In this document: positions 58,369 through 64,000 of the stretch, in pieces
Layout: each line of letters starts with the position of its first letter
Numbering within the stretch: the stretch's first letter is position 1
From: an uncultured Leifsonia sp.
GTDB taxonomy: Bacteria > Actinomycetota > Actinomycetes > Actinomycetales > Microbacteriaceae
NCBI GenBank assembly: GCA_964655795.1
Contig: CAZZNX010000001.1
Coordinates: 2,400 to 66,399, forward strand
Direction: 5' to 3'
DNA: 64,000 nt
Made by a program: the position numbers and the translations under genes
The notes under the pieces: generated by a model
Told to the model about the DNA's origin: nothing
Databases searched by the model: none
What the model saw: only the letters and a program-made list of their open reading frames with translations

Positions 58369-58953
58369 ATGCATGCACACACGGCCTCCGTCGCGACGTC
58401 CCTCACGCTGATTGGAGAGGAACTCTCCGGTGTCACCGAGCGCCTCTTCGGAGACCTGGACAGCGTCCAGACGCTGGACGATCTGGCCGAGTGCGTCGCG
58501 CGCGCAGACCGCGTGTTCGTCGTCGGCGCCGGTCGTTCGGGGCTCGCGCTCAGAATGACCGCAATGCGCCTGATGCACCTCGGCCTCACCGTGCACGTCG
58601 TCGGCGACGTCACGACCCCTGCCATCCGGGCGGGCGACCTCCTCCTCACCGCGAGCGGATCCGGCACGACCGGGGGCATCGTGCGGGCGGCACAGTCCGC
58701 CGTGCACGCCGGCGCCACCGTGGCCGCGATCACCACCGCGCCGAACTCCCCGCTCGCCGCGCTCGCCTCGACGCTCCTCGTCGTGCCGGCTGCCGGCAAG
58801 CTCGACCGCTCGGGCTCCGCATCGGCCCAGTACTCCGGCAGCCTGTTCGAGCAGCTCGTCGTGCTCATCGGCGACGCCCTCTTCCACACGCTCTGGCAGC
58901 ACGGCGGAGCGAGCGCGGATGAACTCTGGACCCTCCACGCAAACCTCGAATGA
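58369..58953 (+). CDS. hxlB: 6-phospho-3-hexuloisomerase (SIS domain)
   Basis: VFVVGAGRSGLALRMTAMRLMHLG, ASGSG, SLFEQL and the C-terminal HANLE. The start could be GTG 58330. Confidence 0.85.
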   Translation: MHAHTASVATSLTLIGEELSGVTERLFGDLDSVQTLDDLAECVARADRVFVVGAGRSGLALRMTAMRLMHLGLTVHVVGDVTTPAIRAGDLLLTASGSGTTGGIVRAAQSAVHAGATVAAITTAPNSPLAALASTLLVVPAAGKLDRSGSASAQYSGSLFEQLVVLIGDALFHTLWQHGGASADELWTLHANLE

Positions 58954-58985
58954 CCATCACACCGAACCGAACACGAAGGAACACA

Positions 58986-59609
58986 ATGAAACTGCAGTTC
59001 GCCATGGACACCCTGACCACCGAGAACGCGCTGGCCCTCGCCGCGGCGGCCGCGCCGCACGTCGACATCCTCGAGCTCGGCACTCCCCTCATCAAGAGCG
59101 AGGGCCTCTCGGCCATCACGGCGATCAAGAACGCCCACCCCGACAAGATCGTCTTCGCCGACCTGAAGACCATGGATGCCGGCGAGCTTGAGGCCGACAT
59201 TGCATTCGCCGCAGGGGCGGACCTGGTCACCGTCCTCGGCTCGGCGGGCGACAGCACCATCGCCGGTGCCGTCAAGGCGGCCAAGAAGCATGGCAAGGGC
59301 ATCGTCGTCGACCTCATCGGAGTCGCGGACAAGCCTGCGCGCGCGAAGGAGGTCGTGGCCCTCGGCGTCGACTTCGTGGAGATGCACGCGGGGCTGGACG
59401 AGCAGGCCGAGGCCGGCTTCGCCTTCGGCAACCTGCTGCGCGACGGCAAGGACTCTGGCGTCATGTTCTCGGTCGCCGGAGGCATCAACGCGGCCACCAT
59501 CGCCTCTGTCCAGGCATCCGGTGCTGCGGTCGCGGTGGCCGGCGGCGCAATTTACGGTGCGTCCGACGTTGGAGCGGCCGCGGCCGAGCTGCGGGCCGCC
59601 ATCGCCTAG
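58986..59609 (+). CDS. hxlA: 3-hexulose-6-phosphate synthase
   Basis: MKLQFAMDTLTTENALALA...ILELGTPLIKSEG...FADLKTMDAG. GAAGGAA SD. Confidence 0.9.
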   Translation: MKLQFAMDTLTTENALALAAAAAPHVDILELGTPLIKSEGLSAITAIKNAHPDKIVFADLKTMDAGELEADIAFAAGADLVTVLGSAGDSTIAGAVKAAKKHGKGIVVDLIGVADKPARAKEVVALGVDFVEMHAGLDEQAEAGFAFGNLLRDGKDSGVMFSVAGGINAATIASVQASGAAVAVAGGAIYGASDVGAAAAELRAAIA

Positions 59610-59625
59610 GCGGAATGGGAATCGA

Positions 59626-59653
59626 GAGCACCTGGGCAGCCGCCCAGGTGCTC
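59626..59653 (+). terminator. Hairpin after hxlA
   Basis: GAGCACCTGGGC-agcc-GCCCAGGTGCTC, a perfect 12-bp stem. Confidence 0.62.
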
Positions 59654-59730
59654 CGGGCGAACCGACCGCTGCCGCCTGCGCGACAATGATCACACGCAGC
59701 GACAACTCACCTCAGAGAGACGGACGTCCC

Positions 59731-60036
59731 ATGATCACCATCCACCTCCGCTACGAGATCGACGCCGACAAGCTCGACGACTTCCGCGCATACGGCCAGG
59801 AATGGATCCGTCTCGTCAACAGGCTCGGCGGCACGCACCACGGGTACTTCCTCCCGAGCGAGGGCGACAGCGACGAAGCGTTCGCGCTCTTCAGCTTCGA
59901 CTCGTTTGCCAGCTATGAGCAGTACCGCATTGCGGCGGCATCCGACCCGGAGTGCATCGCCGCGTTCGACTTCGCCAAAAAGACGCAGTGCATCCGCCGC
60001 TACGAACGTCGCTTCCTCACCCCGGTGTTCGAATAG
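59731..60036 (+). CDS. NIPSNAP-family protein
   Basis: 101 aa: MITIHLRYEIDADKLDDFRAYGQEWIRLVNRLGGTHHGYFLPSEGDSDEAFALFSF.SFASYEQY. Confidence 0.68.
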   Translation: MITIHLRYEIDADKLDDFRAYGQEWIRLVNRLGGTHHGYFLPSEGDSDEAFALFSFDSFASYEQYRIAAASDPECIAAFDFAKKTQCIRRYERRFLTPVFE

Positions 60037-60048
60037 GGCCGCCGCACG

Positions 60049-60076
60049 AAGGGCGGATGCCGCAGCATCCGCCCTT
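60049..60076. terminator. Bidirectional hairpin between the NIPSNAP and dcu genes
   Basis: AAGGGCGGATGC-cgca-GCATCCGCCCTT, a perfect 12-bp stem. Confidence 0.65.
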
Positions 60077-60090
60077 GTGTCTCAACCGTT

Positions 60091-61551
60091 TCAGCGGGCG
60101 AAGAAGAAGATCGCGCCGATCGCGGACCCCACCAGCACGGTCGTGAGCGACAGCACGAGCATGGGTACGAAGTAGCTGTGGTCGAACAGCTTGGAGCCCA
60201 GCTTCGTCGTGCCTGAGAGGTCGAAGTTGGCACCGGCGATCTGGGGGCCGCCGGTGGGGAACGAGTAGACGCCGCCAATGGCACCCGCCCACATGCCAAC
60301 CGCCAGCTCGGGTGGGAGGCCGGCTGCGAGCCCGATCGGAACGATTGTCCGCGTCGCGGTAGACTGGCTCGTCGTCATCGCGGCGACGATGAAGACCGCG
60401 ATCGCGAACACGAACACGTAGCTGGTCACCCATGCTCCGACCGTCTCAACGATGAGCTCTTCATGTGCCTCGATGAAGGTTGCCGTCATCCAGGCGATTC
60501 CGAAGAGCGCGATGGCCGAGACCATGCCCGCTTTGAAGACCGACTGGTCGGACACCGTCTTGACGTTGGGTCGCCCGACGAACAGGATCGCCACACCGAC
60601 GACCAGCATCACGATGACGATGGTGCTGGTCATGTCGAGCGGGACCGGGCCGTCCACCCCGGGCACGACAGGGCGCAGGCCGGGGAAGAGACCGAGGATG
60701 ACGATCACCAGCACTCCGCCGAGGAAGGCCAGGGCGGCGTTCCTCCCTTCCTTGGTCGCGGTGAGCTTGGCCGAAGCTCGCTCCTGCTCGACCACGACGC
60801 CCGGGGCCGCACTCTGAGACCCATCCGCGGAGACTGCCGCGGCGGGCTGAGCCTTCTTGCCGCGGCGGGCACGCGGCGCAACGGGTCTGGCCGTGATCGG
60901 GGGAAGGACCCCCGTCCGGATCTTCTCCTGCACCTCGGGGTCGTCTGCGAGTTCCTTCCCCATGCGGCCGACGACCAGGGACGTCACGATGATCCCGATG
61001 ACACACGCCGGGAAGGTGATTGCGAGAATCTCGATCAGGCCGAGGTCGTATGGGGAGACGTCCGTCAACGTCAGCATGGCCGCCATCGCCGCTGAAACGG
61101 GCGAGGCCGCGAGCGCGACGCCCGACTGCACGACGCTCACGCTCATGGGCCGGGAGGGTCGAATCCCGTTGCGATAGGACACGTCGTAGATCACGGGGAG
61201 CAACGGGTAGAGGATGTTGCTGGTGCCGGCACCGACCGAGAACAGGAACGCCGTGAGCGGGGCGATGAGGGTGATCTGTCTCGGGCGGCTCTCGATCACC
61301 CCGGCGGCCACCTTCACCATCCAGTCGATGCCTCCCGCGGCCTGCATCATCGCTGCGGCCGTCACCACCGCGATGATGATGGCGACGGCGGCCGACGGCG
61401 GTTCGCCTGGTACCTCGCCGAAGACGAAGACGAGGATGGCGACGCCGACCCCGCCCCAGAGGCCCACGCCGACGCCGCTCACGCGGGTGCCCATGATGAT
61501 GCACCCCACGACGACAAGCGCCTCGAGGATGAGAACTATGCCTTCTTGCAT
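60091..61551 (-). CDS. Anaerobic C4-dicarboxylate transporter (DcuA/DcuB family)
   Basis: The N-terminus parallels E. coli DcuA (ILEALVVVGCIIMGTRVSG.GVGLWGG.GV..., SVGAGTSNILYPLLPVI, ASPVSAAM), with a hydrophilic central insert. Confidence 0.85.
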   Translation of the reverse strand: MQEGIVLILEALVVVGCIIMGTRVSGVGVGLWGGVGVAILVFVFGEVPGEPPSAAVAIIIAVVTAAAMMQAAGGIDWMVKVAAGVIESRPRQITLIAPLTAFLFSVGAGTSNILYPLLPVIYDVSYRNGIRPSRPMSVSVVQSGVALAASPVSAAMAAMLTLTDVSPYDLGLIEILAITFPACVIGIIVTSLVVGRMGKELADDPEVQEKIRTGVLPPITARPVAPRARRGKKAQPAAAVSADGSQSAAPGVVVEQERASAKLTATKEGRNAALAFLGGVLVIVILGLFPGLRPVVPGVDGPVPLDMTSTIVIVMLVVGVAILFVGRPNVKTVSDQSVFKAGMVSAIALFGIAWMTATFIEAHEELIVETVGAWVTSYVFVFAIAVFIVAAMTTSQSTATRTIVPIGLAAGLPPELAVGMWAGAIGGVYSFPTGGPQIAGANFDLSGTTKLGSKLFDHSYFVPMLVLSLTTVLVGSAIGAIFFFAR

Positions 61552-61584
61552 TTCGCTACCTCCTGCTCGCAGGCCGGTCGGTGG

Positions 61585-62232
61585 TTAGTGGACGGCTCCT
61601 CCGACGGTGTGTTCGTCTGGCTTGCCGGTGTACGCCACAACCGCCTCGAGCCCGGCCTCCAGCGCCGTGGTCATGTCGTCGATGCCCATCGAGGGCTGCG
61701 GCGGCTGGTTGACCACCTGTTGTGGCGAGTAGGGAACGTGGATGAACCCGCCTCGCTTGCCGGGGAATTCATTGGCGATCAGGTACAGGATCTGGTACAT
61801 GATGTGGTTGCAGACGTAGGTGCCCGCGGTGTTGGACACCTGGGCCGGGATGCCGGCCTTCCGCATCGCGGTCACCATCGCCTTGACGGGGAGGGAGCTG
61901 AAGTACGCCGCGGGCCCGTCCTCGCGGATGGGTGTGTCGATGGGCTGGTTGCCATCGTTGTCGGGGATGCGGCCGTCATCCACGTTGATCGCGATGCGCT
62001 CGGGGCTGACCGCGAACCGGCCGCCGGCCTGGCCGACACTGATGACCACGTCCGGGTCGTGCTCGATGATCGCGTCGCGAACGATGTCTGCGGACCGACC
62101 GAACACAACGGGAATCATCAGCTTGATGACCTCGGCGCCCGAGACCGCATCCGGCAGTGTTCTCACTGCCTCCCACGAGGGGTTGATCGCTTCGCCGCCG
62201 AAGGGCTCGAAGCCGGTGATGAGGATTTTCAT
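61585..62232 (-). CDS. pcp: Pyroglutamyl-peptidase I
   Basis: MKILITGFEPFGGEAINPSWEA..., catalytic Cys context GTYVCNHIMY, 215 aa. Confidence 0.93.
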   Translation of the reverse strand: MKILITGFEPFGGEAINPSWEAVRTLPDAVSGAEVIKLMIPVVFGRSADIVRDAIIEHDPDVVISVGQAGGRFAVSPERIAINVDDGRIPDNDGNQPIDTPIREDGPAAYFSSLPVKAMVTAMRKAGIPAQVSNTAGTYVCNHIMYQILYLIANEFPGKRGGFIHVPYSPQQVVNQPPQPSMGIDDMTTALEAGLEAVVAYTGKPDEHTVGGAVH

Positions 62233-62252
62233 GTGAACTCTCCCTACTCTGG

Positions 62253-63185
62253 TCAGAATGCCCAGAAGTACATAAGTGCGACCTGGATGACGAACAGCAC
62301 CGCAGCCAGCGGGGCCTGCGCCTTGATGACCCCGTAGGGCTTCTTCATCTCGAGCAGCGCCACCGGCAGGGCGTTGAAGTTGGCGGCCATCGGCGTCACC
62401 AGGGTGCCGCAGAACCCGGCCGTCATGGCCAGGGCTCCGACGACGACCGGGTCACCGCCGAGCGCGATCACGAATGGGATGCCGATTCCGGCTGTGATCA
62501 CCGTGAACGCGGCAAAGGTGTTGCCGACGATGATGGTGAAGAGGGCCATGCCGACGCAGTAGGCGATGACGCCGGCCAGCGGGCTCTCGTCCGGAACGAT
62601 TCCGGCGATGCCGTTGGAGACGACCTCGCCGACCCCGGCGGTGGTGAAGACGACACCGAGCATCGCGAGGAACTGGGGCAGCATTCCGATCGGGCCAACC
62701 TGCTGCACCATGCGGTCCCCCTGCGCGACGACGACGCCAGCGGGGGCGCGGGTCATCGCCCACGCGATGCCGAGTGCCGCGACCGATGCGACACCGATGC
62801 TGAGCGTTCCCGACACCTCCCCGAAGGGAGCCAGGGTCGAAATCAGGACGGCGATCGCCGCCAGGGAGAGAGCGGGCAGGAACACCCAGCTCCCCAGGCG
62901 ACGGGCGCCGGCTGCGCGCTCCTCAGGAGTTCCTTCGTCCAGCTTGCCGGTCTTGACTCCGCGCGCCAGGGACAGCGCCCCGATCGCCAGGATCAGCACG
63001 CCGGTGACCCAATAGGGGAGAACGGCGCCGAACGCGAAGGTGATGGCAAGGAGCAGCCAGAATGCGGCGGTCGTGAATCGACGCGGGTTGGTCTTGTTGA
63101 GCAGGGACCTCACGCCGGTGATCCCGAGGAGCACCCCGACGAGCACGAATGTGGCTTCGAGGAGCTGCGGGCCGATCTCACTCAT
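62253..63185 (-). CDS. DUF979-family membrane protein
   Basis: 310 aa polytopic protein. It forms the typical DUF969-DUF979-pcp gene triplet. Confidence 0.8.
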   Translation of the reverse strand: MSEIGPQLLEATFVLVGVLLGITGVRSLLNKTNPRRFTTAAFWLLLAITFAFGAVLPYWVTGVLILAIGALSLARGVKTGKLDEGTPEERAAGARRLGSWVFLPALSLAAIAVLISTLAPFGEVSGTLSIGVASVAALGIAWAMTRAPAGVVVAQGDRMVQQVGPIGMLPQFLAMLGVVFTTAGVGEVVSNGIAGIVPDESPLAGVIAYCVGMALFTIIVGNTFAAFTVITAGIGIPFVIALGGDPVVVGALAMTAGFCGTLVTPMAANFNALPVALLEMKKPYGVIKAQAPLAAVLFVIQVALMYFWAF

Positions 63186-63910
63186 GAGTGGCCCCCCTCG
63201 TTGCTGGGCGTGCCCGGGTCGCTCGCCACCGGTTGTATGGGCGGGCCCCCTCGGCGCAGTTTGCGGTCAAGCAGCCAGAAGTGGATGCCGGCCACGACAG
63301 CCGCGATGCCGATCATCGGGAGCGAGGCGAAAGCCACCTGTTCCGGACTTACGGGGTAGCCGAGGGAGTCGAGTGTTCCGACGATCAGCAGGACGCCGGA
63401 GGCCGCCACGAACCCGTTCTGCCCGAAGAAGTTGCCGATGTTCTCCGAGAGGGCGCTTTCGGCCTTGATCTTCTCCTCGTTCTCCGGCGATACCTCGGCC
63501 TGTCGGGCCGCCGCCGCCGCCGACATCGGATGGACGATGGGGCGCACGAACTGCACCATGCCGCTGATGCGGATGCCGAAGATGCCCGTCAGCTGACGGA
63601 GCACTGTGTACATCGTGAGGAACCGGCCGGGAGTGAGTGCTTGCAGGCGGTTGATGAGCACGATCGCCTGCTCCTTCAACCCGTAGCGCTCCGAGAGGGC
63701 GATCATCGGCAAAGTGAGCAGGAAGAGCGAGACCGCGCGGTTATCTGTCCACGCCTTGCCGATCAGGTCCAGGATCTCTACGAATGTAAGCCCGGAGACA
63801 AGGGCTGTTGCTATTGCCGCCACGATGACGACGGCAATGACGTCGAGTTTCAACAGGAATCCGACAACGATGATCACGACACCGATCAGGACGAGCCAAT
63901 CAGGACCCAT
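63182..63910 (-). CDS. DUF969-family membrane protein
   Basis: 242 aa with LTLPMIALSERYGLKEQA. Its stop overlaps the DUF979 start. Confidence 0.8.
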   Translation of the reverse strand: MGPDWLVLIGVVIIVVGFLLKLDVIAVVIVAAIATALVSGLTFVEILDLIGKAWTDNRAVSLFLLTLPMIALSERYGLKEQAIVLINRLQALTPGRFLTMYTVLRQLTGIFGIRISGMVQFVRPIVHPMSAAAAARQAEVSPENEEKIKAESALSENIGNFFGQNGFVAASGVLLIVGTLDSLGYPVSPEQVAFASLPMIGIAAVVAGIHFWLLDRKLRRGGPPIQPVASDPGTPSNEGGHS

Positions 63911-64000
63911 TTCGCGTCTCCCTCCAGCAGGTGGCAGTCGAACCGACCGCCACTCTGGGATCAGATTGGCGCTTGGACAGATGACGCCGCATCACCTCGT

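Noticed and set aside
58367-58376. GCATGCATGC at the hxlB start, considered as a possible member of the GCATGC motif set.
   Set aside because: It overlaps the start codon itself, lacks the CGCATGCT-N6-ATG register, and has no TTGCGR -35 element at 17 nt.

Overview
64-kb high-GC (about 70%) actinobacterial chromosomal segment. The gene content (orphan diaminobutyrate aminotransferase, BfaA/BfaB-like pair, DUF969-DUF979-pcp) fits Micrococcales/Microbacteriaceae, but that is inference only. I call 72 protein-coding genes. Two are under 60 aa and so absent from the ORF track: a CsbD-family gene and a small acidic ORF. I found no rRNA, tRNA, CRISPR array, transposase, integrase or phage genes. Most long Arg/Pro/Gly-rich ORFs in the track are antisense or out-of-frame shadows of real genes, and many track ORFs carry false N-terminal extensions, so I re-picked starts from the DNA. 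The window holds mixed housekeeping and accessory metabolism and many one-component regulators (6 TetR, MarR, IclR, DeoR, HxlR, LuxR-type), several with readable palindromic operators. A stress/dormancy-flavoured block runs from 26.5 to 36.6 kb: csbD, YdaD-like SDR, DUF6328, DUF892, SRPBCC, then ku, ligD, DUF1345 and a type IB topoisomerase. The best candidate for something undescribed is three paralogous ~105-aa proteins of unknown function beside ku/ligD. One of them shares with ligD an identical predicted leaderless promoter geometry (TTGCGR-N17-CATGCT-N6-ATG), and a second shares the CGCATGCT-N6-ATG part. Other leads are a ScbR/ArpA-like receptor with an ARE-like box upstream of a 10-methyl fatty-acid (BfaAB-like) operon, a ClpC-type unfoldase behind an HspR-type HAIR repeat, a degenerate-kinase/LuxR fusion divergent from the RuMP genes hxlB-hxlA, and a phnDCE operon translationally coupled to a CX5R phosphatase and a TetR. 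All family names come from motif recognition by eye; no searches were run.
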